Source: Eledone cirrhosa (Eukaryota). Taken from it: 64,000 nt of DNA. The stretch is from positions 411,742,001 through 411,806,000 of the forward strand of contig OZ024740.1 in the NCBI GenBank assembly GCA_964016885.1, in the 5' to 3' direction. A program made the position numbers and the translations under genes. This document shows positions 30,958 through 44,812 of this stretch, in pieces (position 1 is the stretch's first letter; each line of letters begins with the position of its first letter). The notes beneath the pieces were generated by a model that saw only the letters and a list, made by a program, of their open reading frames with translations, was not told the DNA's origin and did no database searches.

Positions 30958-33016
30958 TTGTGAGTGTATGAGAATAAATAACGAGACAGATAAATACATT
31001 AGCTATGGCAGACATTTTAGCATAATGTTGACGTGGAAACATTCTTCAGTAGGGTAGAAGGTAGGACAGTATTTTTTCACTAATGTTTATGCATGTATTC
31101 TAATTACATGGCCATTTGCAATGATTTAATACGTATGCTTTGGTGCATGATTTGGGAGAGTGTAATCTGAGACTTGCGTATACTGAAAAGCTGATTAATA
31201 TTCACAGATGGCTGCATTACAGATTCCACTTAAGTACCGTCAGATACTCCTGAGTGCATGTTAAAGGGATTATTATACGATGGTTAACAGAACAACAGAC
31301 TTTCCGACATTTATTATAGCTTAAAAAAGGTAGTAATAATATGTTCCTTATGTGATCACAGTACACGACAATTTAGTCAAAATCGACCCCTTAAAGTTAT
31401 TTGTTATAAATATATAGGCCTAATACATTGATATATATGTGAGTGTGAATGTAATTGAAGCATGAAATCAATATCACCTTTATTACGTTGCAGATATTCC
31501 TTTCTGAACCATGTTGTTAGAAATGTACTGATTTGACCCAATATTATTCCCATTGCAAAATCGTAACAAATTATGTTATAGTTAATCAAGTAAAGAACTT
31601 TTTAAAAATTCATTCGGCGTAGAATTATGACTAACTAATTAATCCCTTACGATTAATTATTTGTGTTTGTTTTATTTCCATATAACCACGTATAAATAGA
31701 CATCCTACACCGGTAAAAGTAGTATATGAAAACACTCAATTTAGATTCTTTGGCATTTATTCTAATTTCATGACCATTTGCATTGATTTAATACGAATAC
31801 CTTTGTGCACAGTTGTGCTCTTAGTCTTTTGTATACTGACAAGTTAAAGTTTATTAATATTCATATATGACCGGATTATTGATTGCACTTCAGTCAGCAA
31901 ATGGCGTAAAATTAAGTATTGAAAACAGTGTAAAATATAAGGTTGTCCGATTGCCGTGATAGTAGTTTGCATCCTTTGCTGTGCAGCTTCAGACTTTCTA
32001 ATGTATAGGATTCAGTTGAATTGATTTCCTCTATTTTATACTCCTGTTGAAGTGAGAGTGAGTGTGTACTGGATAATTAATTCGTTTGAATTTGCATTAG
32101 ATTTTCCGGAACATAACCTAAGTAAAGGCATACGATAGTGATGAAATAAAAAGGAGATTACGTGGAACGCTTAATCGAATGTATCTAAACAACGGCAATA
32201 AAAGCTGATTTGATTGTTTTTATAGCAATGGTATCCTCTGCACAAACAGCAGCAGTTACAGCAATAAAGTCAAGCTGACATATTTTAGAGAGATTGCATA
32301 AATTGGCTTATTACGAAAACGATTGCTTAAGACTAAAGGATTATAGTATTATTAACGGTGAACGCTCTATTAAAAAAGATAGAGAATGTTACTATTGTTA
32401 TAAGAGTTTTCCATTTGTTTTAGTTCTTATAATTGTGGAATCAGACTAATATGGAAGCCCCTTTATATAATAAAGCTAAAAAGATGAAAGCAAATGAATA
32501 GTATTTTACTTCACTTTTATGTATCAAATGGAATTAAGTAAAAGAAAGGAAAGTTAACACGATAAAGCATTCATATATCCACTCAACACAGTAGTATTAT
32601 TCTACTGTGTAATCCCGTTAGGTAATTGCTTGCGATTGTATATTCGGTCTACTTTATTACTTCACACATAAGAGAAGCGTTGTGTGGATATGCATACAAT
32701 ATGCGTTCTTGTATATACGTATTTTAAAATAATGGACATTCAGAACTATTAAATATACATTGTGTATTGTGTCAAGTATATTATTTAATTTCATATTATA
32801 ATATATTTTTTACAGTAATAACTTTACGAACAAAATCTGTCATTTTCAGTAATGCATATATATAACAAAACACCGCCTAAAGCTGTTGCATACAAACAAA
32901 TAGCCCCCACAGTCAACTATGATACTTCGTCTGCAATAACAATATGTTTAGTCACTTTAGTGCTGAGCCATTTATGATACTTACGAGTTACCACAACTTG
33001 ATTATATGCTAATAAT

Positions 33017-33201
33017 TGTTTCTACTTTAGGCACAAGGCCAGCAATTTACCAGTGCATTACTGGTACTTTATTTTATCGACCCCGTAAGGATGAAAAGCA
33101 AAGTCAACCTCGGAGGGATTTGAACTCAGATCGTAAAGGGACGTAACTATGCTGGAAAGCATGGCGTCCGACCCTCTACCGATACTGCCAATCCACCATC
33201 C
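33017..33201 (-). mobile_element. tRNA-derived SINE, family 2 (Meta-domain-like core)
   Basis: Minus strand gagttcaaatccc B box, then ttttcatccttacggggtcgataaaataa..gtaccag. Target duplication attatatgctaataat at 33001 and 33202. Confidence 0.8.
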
Positions 33202-34317
33202 ATTATATGCTAATAATGGTTTCTGATTTAGGCTAATAATGAGACAGAAACATCGCTAATACCAACAAAAAATGAAAAGGAGAAATAAGAAGCTTCTTTT
33301 TAACGATCTCAGACTCGAATGTTGGAATATATAAGTCGCCTTCAGCCAAAACCGGATTGAAAAGGAGATAGTATATTGAATAAAAATAAAGAAAATATGG
33401 ATTCAGCTTACTTCACCATGGCAGAAGAAACACTCAACATCAATAGTAACATATTGGAGGCTGCATATTACAGGCACAAACAGGCAGCGTCTTGGATGCT
33501 TGATTGTGGAATCAGTTGCAGGAACGTCACTAAAACGTATATGCTGACAGGGAACATATAGGGAATTATATTGAAAATGTGAGTGTCGCTAGACTACTTA
33601 GAAAGGAATCTATCTCCACAATTTCCCCGTTCTATATATTGGAATAAGCACCGAACCTTTCACAATGGATGGGTATCGCGAGTTTAAAAGAAAAATATTC
33701 ACAAGTAGCCTGCATTAAAAAAAAACATTGCTTTTTGGCGAGGTGGGGATACAAAACTCATGTCTAACACACCGCAGTGTGATCAGGCTCACTTTAACTA
33801 CATTTACATAAAATATCAGTTACTTGCACTTTATAATACATTAGCAGATATACCCGGCGTTGATGGGGGTTTGAAATTATGCTTAGAATATACAGCTAGG
33901 AAGTAAAAGAACATTATTTGTCTCCAACCTGTCAACATAAGCGGAAGTCTTCAATAATTAATGCAAACGAATATTTAATGCAAACTTTGTACACATAAAA
34001 CTATGTTGATAATGAAGGAAAACACTGAACAAGAAGTAGTTATACAAATGATTAAAGACAATACTCGTTGCAAATCTGTAAAAAATAGGCAGTTTTGCTA
34101 AAGTACAAAAAGTTGTAATGAAAGCAGAGTTGTTTACAAACAAAAAAACAATGAGAGTAGAATAAGAGAAAATCTATTCTTTGAGAGCATCCTTTGCTGT
34201 GTATGGTTAAATTTTAAACTTATAATCCAAAATATCCTGAATGACATATTCATTGGTATGTTTTGTAATGAGTAAGGTGAAGTCAAGGCAGAGCTGTAAT
34301 AAGTTTTTTTGTTAACA

Positions 34318-34830
34318 CTAAAGCACTTCAGGATAGACGATATTCTTTGTTTTTCTTTTCGGAACAAACGCAAAGGGATTATCTCGACTGCCAACTCGTG
34401 AGCAGGCAACGTAGAATTGTCCGTGCGAAAAGCAAGGTTCATCAAAGTGAATTCCAGCGACGGACAGAGTTTGACCTTGTGACTTGTTTATGGACATCGC
34501 AAAGGCAACACGAAGGGGAGATTGGGTTCGGCGAAAGGAGAAGGGAGTATCCACGCCTAATGTAGTCAGGCTAATTTTTGTTATTATCACATCCTCGCCT
34601 TTTCCACATCTGGATAGAATGGTAGCGTCAATACTAAGTGGAGACAGTTTTTTAACCACAAGGCGTGTACCATTGCATAGTTTTGGAGGAGTGATATTTC
34701 TCAGAAAAATAACTGGTGTTCCCTCTTTCAGAACCAATGTATTAGAAGGTAAACCAGGAGGATTTAAATAATTTAGAAATTCAACTGGATAATTGACCGC
34801 ATCCAGTGGATCACATACAGTATCAATAGA
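34318..34830 (-). pseudogene. Helitron PIF1-like helicase C-terminal fragment
   Basis: LRNITPPKLCNGTRL, FAMSINKSQGQTL, FSHGQFYVACSRV, TKNIVYPEVL. Confidence 0.9.
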
Positions 34831-34930
34831 TTTATATATCCGTGGAAATCCAGGAAGAATCCTATTCAGTATGTTCCTTCATTGTCAAAAAGGTTTGATG
34901 TATACGAATACAGCTGGAAGCATAGATAAT

Positions 34931-35064
34931 TGTTTCTACTTTAGGCACAAGGCCAGCAATTATCCAGTATATTACTGGTACTTTATTTTATCGACCCCGT
35001 AAGGATGAAAGGCAAAGTCAACCTCGGCGGGATTTGAACTCAGATCGTAAAGGGACGTAACTAT
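34931..35064 (-). mobile_element. SINE family 2, truncated, inserted in the Helitron
   Basis: Same core as 33017-33201. Flanking direct repeat gctggaagcatagataat at 34913-34930 and 35065-35082. Confidence 0.8.
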
Positions 35065-35443
35065 GCTGGAAGCATAGATAATGCCTGCCTCAAATGTGGA
35101 CGAAATTACTTTAAAAATGTAAAAGCTGTAGGTCCCAATGGTTTGAATGGAAAGTCCCATAAGGATTGTTCTAAAAATAAACAAAACATCATCAAAATCT
35201 CGTCAATTCGAGACTGCTGCGAGATTAGGCCCTTACCGCGAAAATTAGCACTTAATATAGTGAAACAAGTTAAAACAAGTGTTTTTTTAACTTTGAAAGT
35301 GCAACAAAGAATAAACAAGAAACAAACGATAATATTAGTGATTTATCTTCAAATAAATGTGATGTTTATATTTCTGAAATTTCGTCAGACGATGATTGTT
35401 GTTTTAAAATTGAAAACGAAGGTTTCCATATCTCACTCTCTTC

Positions 35444-35629
35444 ATAAGGATTGTCAATAAAGTTGGTTATCTCCCTTTTTTATAAGGATTGTCAATAAAG
35501 TTGGTTATCTCCCTTTTTTATAAGGATTGTCAATAAAGTTGGTTATCTCCCTTTTTTATAAGGATTGTCAATAAAGTTGGTTATCTCCCTTTTTTATAAG
35601 GATTGTCAATAAAGTTGGTTATCTCCCTT
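35444..35629. repeat. Minisatellite, about 38-39 bp unit x5, inside the Helitron
   Basis: Tandem copies of ataaggattgtcaataaagttggttatctccctttttt. Confidence 0.92.
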
Positions 35630-35919
35630 ACATCAATTTTGCTACCGATAATTTCGATATCGATTTTTTATTGCTCAATGTGGGTCGATTGGAAAAGTTT
35701 TTTCTGGTGTGACCATCTTAGCGACCTGTGCAACGTGCACAGAAAAGTTGGTCAAATTCGGTTGGTAATTGTAAAAGCCTTAGGTATCCAAAATTGTACA
35801 CAGACATACCCACATCCTCACTTTTATATATATAAAGATTTCACTCTTCTTAAAATTGGATTCTCTATTAAAATATCATTTACTCACAGAACACTAGAAG
35901 AAATATTATTAATCTATTG

Positions 35920-36090
35920 GATTGACAGTCTCGGTAGAGGGTTGTTTTCCAGTATAGAGTTACGTCCCTTTACGAACTGAGTTCAAATCCCGCAGAGGTT
36001 AACTTTGCCTTTCACACTTACGGGGTCGATAAAATAAAGTACCAGTCATACACTGGAGTCGATTTGTGCCTTTATAACAAACCATTATTA
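35920..36090 (+). mobile_element. SINE family 2
   Basis: gagttcaaatcccgcagaggttaactttgcctttc..ggggtcgataaaataaagtaccag. Further partial copies at 36818-36897, 52320-52400 and 57720-58030. Confidence 0.75.
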
Positions 36091-37412
36091 ATCTATACAC
36101 TTCAGTTTCCTTTTGATTCTACACAATATAAACCTTACCGACACCACTTGTAGATATACCTTACAACTTTAACAACATATGATCAAGTTTTGATCTCAAT
36201 GAATCTAAGCAGGTTCTCATGAACGCCCTAGCTCGTGTATATACATATGATTTATTCTAAAGATACACATAGATGATAATAGAGGAGACATGTATACTTA
36301 ACACATTTTGTGTCACATTAATTTATACATGTAGCCAGCAACCTTTCTGTATTTTACATACAAATTCATTCTCGCATATTAATGTAAGTCTCTAGTAATT
36401 TATCGCCTCAATCATTTGAGTGGAGTAATTAATATTCCGGGTCGTTTCGGGAGTAGTACTCGCCATGAATCCCGAATTAAGAGATATATTGATGGTCGAC
36501 CGACACTTATGTAATTTATATTGATTTATTTCGCTCATCGAGCAAGGATATTAAAGCGCGCGTAGTTAATGTCATATATATGGTTAGTTATATTTATGAG
36601 TTTCTGTATAAACATCCATATAACCACATGCTATAGGTAATATTCATATCTACTGTTTCTTTGACAACTGCAAATGTTATGTCTTGTCAACTATGGAGAT
36701 GATTATAACGAATTTTTAAAATGAAGTTTGGTCATTTATCAAAATTCTTCACAAAAAATATCAATTTATAAAAGCAGGTAGAAGTTAAGAATGCGGATAT
36801 GCGGATATGCTAAACTTCAAGGCCAGCAATTATTTCAGTGTATTACTGGTACTTTATTTTATCGATCCCGTAAGGATGAAAGGCAAGGTTAACCTCGTAA
36901 ATAATATGCACCACTAAAGTAACTATTATCGGAAATTGTAACTAACATCCGTATTGCATAATTCAATGGTTTTTACCTTAGAATGTATAACATGGAACCC
37001 TGCATTTTAGTTACAATAGCTAGATGACTTTATCAAAATACAAAACAGTAGTTATTGTAGGTCAGGCTAACAAAACCTCATAGATATTTTAACATTTAAC
37101 TTTTCAGGTACTAAAGGAACTTACAGTTTCCTTTTGTTCCCCAATTGCAGACTAGCATATTTCAGTATATCCACGTGATTACTACACCATGCATTCGCCC
37201 TGTCACCCACAGATGTTTCTACACTGAATATGTTCTTTCAATTTCGAATATAATTTCGTTTTGTATACTTTCAAAAGTATTATCATCATTATCGATATTT
37301 GTTTCGCTACAACTACGGTATTGTATTACTGACACAAATGTAAAATAACATTCTTCCCCTCAGATAGAATCTTTTCTCGCGTCCGCCACCATCAAACGGA
37401 TTTACACACACA

Positions 37413-37456
<44 letters not shown>

Positions 37457-38099
37457 TATACATATATATATATATATGTTGTGTGTGTATACTGGGATTA
37501 CGTGAATGTACACACTTATGTGAATGCATTGAAATATTAATACCCCAGGTTGCATTTGAAAAATGTTCGAGTGTATGCTTAAGAGTATATTTGTATATGC
37601 TCTCTTGTATGAGTGCACATGTGTATATAGACATACACACGCATCCAGAGGTATACAAGTGTGGGTGGGTGCGTGTACCTATATGTGTCTGTACTAAGGA
37701 TTCGCCTAAGCTCCAAAGCGCCTAAGCTATTGCTGTGAAGATATATATCACACTCTACTTTTGTCTAGTCTAAACAATAACTTTTCCAAACACAAACTTT
37801 ACTTTTCTTTAAAAATAACACCCACCTCGTTTTATATCTGCCATATACTTTGATTTGGGGGCCTCTGTTGTATATATATATATATGCACTTGTATGTACA
37901 CACATATATATACACGCCTGTATGGATTTGTGTGTGTAGATATGTGTGTGTGTGTCTGTGGCGGTAGGTGTGAGTGTATGTACAAGTCAACCAACATAAA
38001 TCTTTTTATTTGTAAACTTTCTAATTATTTGACTCTAACCATAATTTTCAGTATTACCACTCCACATACATTCCTCAATTTAAGAATGACCTGTAGCAT

Positions 38100-38483
38100 C
38101 GAATTTCATACTATAAAGCTCAATTGAATATATATCTGACAAGGAATGCTTTTTGTGAAAATCAGTCATATGGAACTATTATCATCGTGCCTGACGGTTT
38201 GAACTTTACAACACCACCTGCCTCCTTGAGGTCAAATACCAACCCTACTAGCATCTACAAACTGACCAATAAGAATTAAGATTATTCCTGCTGACAACAT
38301 TACATTATCCATAACAAGCTCATACGTCCCAAGGCACTGATACCATCAACACCAAAAACACAGCTGGCATATCTAAGAACTGAGTAACTGCCTGATGAGG
38401 TCATAGCCATTCAATGGCTATCATCGAAATATATATAGCAGTAAATAAAGGATTATGAGTTCATGCAATTGACTTATGTTTCG

Positions 38484-38487
<4 letters not shown>
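38100..38487 (+). mobile_element. 3' remnant of another Penelope-like element
   Basis: gtgcctgacggtttgaac (VPDGLN, resembling the PxGLN end of PLE GIY-YIG domains), then a hammerhead, AATAAA and (TA)n. Confidence 0.6.
38387..38442 (+). ncRNA. Minimal type I hammerhead ribozyme
   Basis: actgc CTGATGA ggtcatagccat-tca-atggctatcatc GAAA tatata TA gcagt. Core intact and stem I perfect. Confidence 0.85.
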
Positions 38488-38533
<46 letters not shown>

Positions 38534-39545
38534 TATGTATACATGTATATATACATTAAAAAGCATATATGTCTATAAGCACGCATATGTGTGTATGTAT
38601 GTGCGTGTGTCTTTATATTTATATATAAAATAAAATACATAGAGAAATACAAGAAAACCAATTTAGATATGTAATGCTTTAGAAAATATATAATAAGGAA
38701 ACATAAACAAAAATATGGGTGAAGGAAAAATATAAATAAAAATCCGTTATAAACGGAATAATTTAAGAGTTAATATAAGTAAGAAAACCATATAATAAAT
38801 ATAGAACAAAAATTCAAATTCCTGGTATATATGTATATGTCAGCAAGATGGGTATGTCTACTATTTGCTTCCGTGTATATGTATTTTGGTTTGGTGACTG
38901 GAAAGAGGAACACATAACAGAAGGTAATATTGGCCAGCAAGAATGATATTTGAAGGAAATCGATTTAGAGGAACGAAATTATAGCACTGATATAATGGAC
39001 GAAAATGGCAACAACCAGCAATATAGTGGATGAAAGATAGACAAATAGAGTGATATTACATCAATAGATACGGGAAGTAACTGGTGGATATTCATAATAT
39101 AACCTTATTATACGTTAAATACAAAACGAAATACATTATCAAAGCAATGACAATAAAAAACAAACAAACGAAATATCATGTCGGTAACGAATTTGTAATA
39201 AAAGGGGAAAAAAACCGGAAAAGTGTTAATGAAATCTAAAGATGTACAGACATGGAGCTGTACAAAAGCTTAAGGAATAGACAATGGTGTTCAGAAAAAG
39301 GAGAAAGAAAGAAATATTTTTTGAAAACATAGCAATGGATGAAAGAAAAAGAAAGTATAATGAAATGGTGATGTGAAAAATGTGGTGTTGAACAGAGAAA
39401 ATAAAATAGAGATATGAAGGAAGATAGGAAAAGGTGAAAAAAGGCAGTACTGGAATATCATGCAGAGAATTAGGATGAAAAATGGTGCTGGTAAAGGCAA
39501 AGAAGAAACAAATTTAGAAAATTTGAGATATATTAGCAGCAGTTC

Positions 39546-39584
<39 letters not shown>

Positions 39585-40199
39585 GGACATGTTGAGAGGC
39601 ATGCTAACTAGGATGTGGAGCATCTGTATCAGCACATGTCGATGATATCCCCGTAGTGGGGTCGCACCACAAACATATTGAATTGAACGGTACTGCTCTC
39701 CAGGAATATGAATCGATAACGGGAGCAAAACTCAATTAGATTAAAAAGGACGATATACAACATATGCAGGTAAAAATAGTCAGTAAAACAATAAGATTAT
39801 GTACAAGTAATTTATTCCTTATACAAATGGATGCTTATTTAAACCCAGAATTGCATACAAACTCGAATGGATAAGGCGCAATATTTGGTCCATTGATGTA
39901 TCACATACAGGTTCCATTACGGTTTACCTTCTCAAAATTATATTGGCAATATTCTACGTGTATTGTGAGCAGTACTAGTGAAATCATTTTTCTGAATTTC
40001 CTTTTTACAAGGATTACCTGGTCCTGATACTATAGCAATAATAAAACGAATAACAACACCAACACAAACAAGAACAGCAACATTAGGAACAAAAGGAACA
40101 GCCTATTTGAAGCCACATCTTCAAAATTGCAGTGACTTTTCCAATTTGACATATCGGGTTAAGAAGCATGTATTGCCCAGATATCCAAACTGATAAACA

Positions 40200-42120
40200 G
40201 GGAGAAACGTTGGCCAATACAAGTGTTCCAGCCGCGATGATGACAACATGGCTGAGGAGAACGCATTTCAGTAAAATCAAAAAAGTCAGAGCTGATCCCG
40301 CAATCCCAAGTGGAGCCCGTACTGAAATGCAACATGCAAAACATTGTATACATAATAGTATTGGCCAATAAGTTTGGGTAGCATCTTAGTGCTATTCTAG
40401 AAGACACTATTTGGTTCATTGCGAAACGGACCAAATAATTATGTACCGATGTTACATGGGTAAAGAACAGTGAATGTCCGCATTCCCAGACTTCTGCCAG
40501 GATTGGAAATCTGGTGGCTCCTGGGATGCGTAGTAGGGCAGGGTAGCGATACATACCTCGACATAAGAAAGATCTGGGGGAAGAACGTGGTTGGGATTGG
40601 TCTGGATATATTCCTCCAAATCAAACCAAAATACCTAAAGAATATCCGGACCATGTGTGCCTTCCGGACCCTTTGGAGATACACCTGATCACTGACGCTG
40701 AGGACCATACTTTTACGTCTGTGTGGAAGCGACTTAAATATGAGCCTTCTGCTCTCAGCTACAAATTTTAGGGAGCTGCCAAAATCAGGGCCTCACCAGA
40801 CACAGCAACAACAGCGAACAACATCAACAACTGCGGCACCAAAAACACCAGCAGCTCCGACAACAAAACTAACAATAACACTAACAACAGCAACTGTTCC
40901 GCCATCAATAATAACAAATTCCTCCACCAAAACCACCCAGGTTAACCGTGAGAGAAGCCCTCCTTGTTCTCTCTATTTGTCTTCTTAAATCACAAATAAT
41001 CACACCGACATGCGCACATGCTCGAACAAACAGCCATTACCACCCCAAAACGGATAGCGTAACTAGAAGCGAAGATGAGGGGAAAATCCAAAAAGCAAAC
41101 AAAAAGAAGAAAACACAAGACACAAACAACTAACATCACACGCACATATACTCAAACATAACAACAAATACAGTCATATCCACAACAAATCAAACTCTAC
41201 CAACACCACATCTATCGACACAACTAGCAGAAGCATAACCAAGCAAACAGAAACACACACTACTACAACAACCGACCACACCGACACCAAACTTTGTGAT
41301 TTTAAGAAGGTTTGACAACGAACTTATGGCCCTCATACGACGAAGCAAAATCTTTGACAGCAACACCTTCAATTTGCTACATATGTTGGTGTGAAATGCA
41401 TTAGAGACCAATAAGAAATAGGGGTGAACTACTCACTTGAGCAGGCTTTTAATGAGGTTTCTAAAAGAATCCCTACCAAATATGGAGGACCAGCCTACTG
41501 GTCTCTATGAGCACACGGGAGGTAAGTAGACCCCGCTCCTGCTTTCTCTCTTCACTAACCAATCAGCATTGCTGTTATAAAAATGGGATGCATAAATGTT
41601 CGTGGCACCGGGTCATCCTGGAAGCAGGGTCGCGTGCTGAATGATCTCTCGTCTCTAGATATGGATATGATTGCCGTCAGCGAGATTAGCATCGCATGAG
41701 CCCGCATTTCTGACTATGGGAAATAGAGTGGCAGTGCTGTTTAGAAAAGACCTGGATGTCGGGGGATGGACGATATTCCTGGACCCGGAAGGCAAATTGG
41801 TGGTCATGGATATGCAGAATACAGAACGTGGTACCTTTAGAATGATGACCCCTAAGTCCCGAGAAGGGCAGGAGTTCTTCAGGCGTATGGAAAACTTTCT
41901 AGGAACATCTCGCAATTTACTGTTACTGGGGGACCAGAACGGCATCTTGGAATTTGTGCTGGGATTGTGTGGGAGTAGATGTCAGAAGCGGGTAAACGCA
42001 AACTCCTCGGAAACCTGATCAGGCATTTGCATCTGTCTGACAGGTACCGACGACATTTCCTAAATATGTTAGTGGGGACAAGGCCTACCCGCATAGTATC
42101 ATATAGATCGTGCATAGACA
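40200..42120 (+). pseudogene. Old Tx1-like relic (ORF1 + start of APE)
   Basis: NVRIPRLLPGLEIWWLLGCV resembles ORF1. GCINVRGTGSSWKQG, VAVLFRKDLD..IFLDPEGKLVV and FFRRMENFLGTSR match ORF2. Confidence 0.85.
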
Positions 42121-42502
42121 AGCTTTTATTAGGTTAGCAGATATGGATAACCTTTTAAGATCCAAAATTATTGATTTGCGTAATCGACCAACATAGAACA
42201 CGTCAGCTTGTCAACAATATACAACACTCTCTACTTATCCTCCCCAGTCTCTTCATTAACACTAATCTCCCCCTCTATCTATCTACATCCTTCTCTTTCA
42301 ATATCCCACTCTATATCTATTACCTCGAAACACTCTTTTTCTATATAAATCTACCTCACGTCACTCCCATTATCACCACCCTACGTCTAACATCACTAAA
42401 CTCCCCCCTAACATACACCTATCACTCCCAACACCCCTCTTTATATCTAATACCACCAATTTCTCCCCTACAATATCTACCACATGGAATTCTCTGAATA
42501 AC

Positions 42503-43010
42503 TTCCTCTGTCTTGCCGCGAAGAGCAGGCCGGTTCCCCTGACACGCCACTCTCAACGGTATATTGAGAAGCCTGGACGCATCTGGCTATCCATCCCAAC
42601 TGGAGCCAGCAGGCCTAGACCGCGGGGATTGCAAGCGCCCCGACGTAATCACCCTCTTCCCATTTGAAGGAGGTCGATCCCTCATCTGGGACGCCACCTG
42701 CTGCGACACAATCTCCGCCTCCGACTTAGTCGCTTAGGCCACAAACCCCGACATCGCGGGCCGCCTCGCAGAGGAACGTAAAATAAGCAAATACCGGGGT
42801 TTGTCCGGCCACTTCCTCTTCGCAGCGGTCGCCGTCGAGACCTCAGGCGTACTTGGACCCCGTCCTGCCGAGCTCCTCCGCAAGATCGGAGCGTTAGCGG
42901 CCCGTCTGAGGAAGGAGCCCCGCAAGGTTGACTGGCTGTTGCAGCTGTCACTGGCCAGCGACCGGAGGAATGCTTCTGCCGTCTTGTCCGCGGGGTGCAG
43001 CACGCCTGCC
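42503..43010 (+). mobile_element. CRE-clade non-LTR retrotransposon 3' fragment (RLE domain)
   Basis: Translates RHATLN..QLEPAGLDRGDCKRPDVITLFPFEGGRSLIWDATCCDT and FAAVAVETSGVLGP..RRNASAVL. Confidence 0.8.
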
Positions 43011-43469
43011 CCTTGCCCTAGGCCCAATCCCAATCACCTTCCCCTCAACCTTCCCTATCTAATACCAGCAAACTCTCTCCCTCTCTATATCTACCACACC
43101 TCACTTTCTTCTAACTCCCCTCTCTATATCCATAACCACTAATCTATATCCCCCTCTCTAGAACTATCATACACCTATCTCTCCCAACACCTCCCTCTAT
43201 ATCTACTACTAGTAAACTTTCCACCTTTCGATATTTACCGCACAACATTCTCTCTCAAAACACCTCTCTATATCTACTATCAGCAACCTCTCACCTTTCC
43301 CTATCTATCTACACTTATCTCTCCCAACATCTCTCTTTATATCTATTGTCACCAAAATCTCCCCCTCTCTATACCAACAATACAACACTCTCTCCCAACA
43401 CACAGCTCTATATCTACTACCACCAAACTGTTCCCCTGTCTATATCTACCACACGACACTCTCTCACGC

Positions 43470-43610
43470 ATAGAGTTAGGGCCATTGCCATTCTGAGTTC
43501 AAATCCCGCCGAGGTTAACTTTGCCTTTCATCCTTACGGGGTCGATAAAATAAAGTACCAGTAATGCACTGGATAATTGCTGGCCTTGTGCCAAAAGTAG
43601 AAACAATTAT
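43470..43610 (+). mobile_element. SINE family 2
   Basis: ctgagttcaaatcccgccgaggttaactttgcctttcatccttacggggtcgataaaataaagtaccag. Confidence 0.8.
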
Positions 43611-44476
43611 TTCACTCTCTATATCCATAAGCCCTAAACTCTCCCTCTCCATATATCAACCGCACAACACTCTCCCAACACCTCTCTGTATATATAATAA
43701 ATGCAAACTCTGACCCTCTCATTATCAACCACATGGCACTCTCCCATTATCCCCCTCTCTATATCTAACACCAATAATCTCTCCCCCCTCTCTATATCTA
43801 TTACGACACTATCTTTCCCAGCACCCCTCTCTATATTTACTGCCAATATTCCCTACCCCTCTCTCTATTTACACATAGCACCCTCTCATTTTCTTCCTCT
43901 CTATATCTACGCTGTCTATATCTACTACCAATAATGTCCCTCCTCTCTCTATCTGCCAGACGATGCTTTCACATTATCTTCTCTATATTCATAACCACTA
44001 AACTCCCCCCTCTCTATATCTACAATACACCTCTCTCGCCCAATACCCGTCTCTGTATCTGCTACCACTAATTTCCCCTCCTTTCTATATCTACCATATT
44101 ACAGTCCCTCCGAACAACCCTCTCTATATCCACTATTACCAAACTCTCCCCTTCTCTGTATCTACTACACGGCACTTTCTCATTATCTGCCTCTCTATAT
44201 TCATAACCACTAAACTCTCTCGCTCTCCATAGCTAACGTACAACACTCTCTCTAAACAACCTTCTTTATATCTACTACCTTCAAACCCTCTCCTTCTCTA
44301 ATATATACCGGACGGTACTCTCTTCTAAGCTTCTTTATTCATTACCATTAAACTCTCCTCCTCTCTATATAAATCACATGACACTCTCTGTCTGATTATC
44401 GGTCTCTCAATATTTAACACCAATAATCTCACTCCCTCCTATATGTAGGTTATTCACCAGTGAAAACACCTAGAAA

Positions 44477-44812
44477 TCTTCATATACTATACAGAAACAG
44501 TAAAACGAAGACTCCGGTGTTTCTGGAAGATTTGTACACTCTCACACCACGTTCTCGCCTCATACACTAATCCGGCTGTGAGGAGGCCATCATTATGATT
44601 ACTTAATCATCAAATTACTTAACTTAAAGTATTTGTGTAACGGATCTTAGAACACTGGTCACAGTTTTCTATAGATTATTACCATCTCCTTCCTTCGACA
44701 GACAGTTATACACAGTGGAGAAGGAGTACAAACATCTATCTCAGTCATTTTCTCTTGTACCTGTCTTCTCATATAATCTGTTTACCTGGGAGAAGCTGGG
44801 TACGTCAGCTAG
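44477..44812 (+). mobile_element. Possible short non-autonomous Helitron
   Basis: The 3' end cctgggagaagctgggtacgtcagCTAG|t resembles the other Helitron ends. The 5' TC start is uncertain. Confidence 0.4.

Larger units (their letters stand above)
33841..35838 (-). mobile_element. Internally deleted Helitron
   Basis: Minus strand 5' a|TCtttatatatataaaag and 3' GC-rich hairpin-like ccc..caacgccggg + CTAA|t. Contains a PIF1 helicase remnant. Confidence 0.82.
42180..44440. repeat. Degenerate pyrimidine-rich satellite (ctctctatatctac.. motif), interrupted by CRE and SINE insertions
   Basis: ccctctctatatctac/acactctc motifs recur roughly every 40 bp. Confidence 0.7.

Noticed and set aside
31000-33000. 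Host gene exons
   Set aside because: No recognisable protein motif or supportable exon structure.
35444-35629. CRISPR-like array
   Set aside because: Units are contiguous with no unique spacers, the context is eukaryotic, and there are no cas genes.
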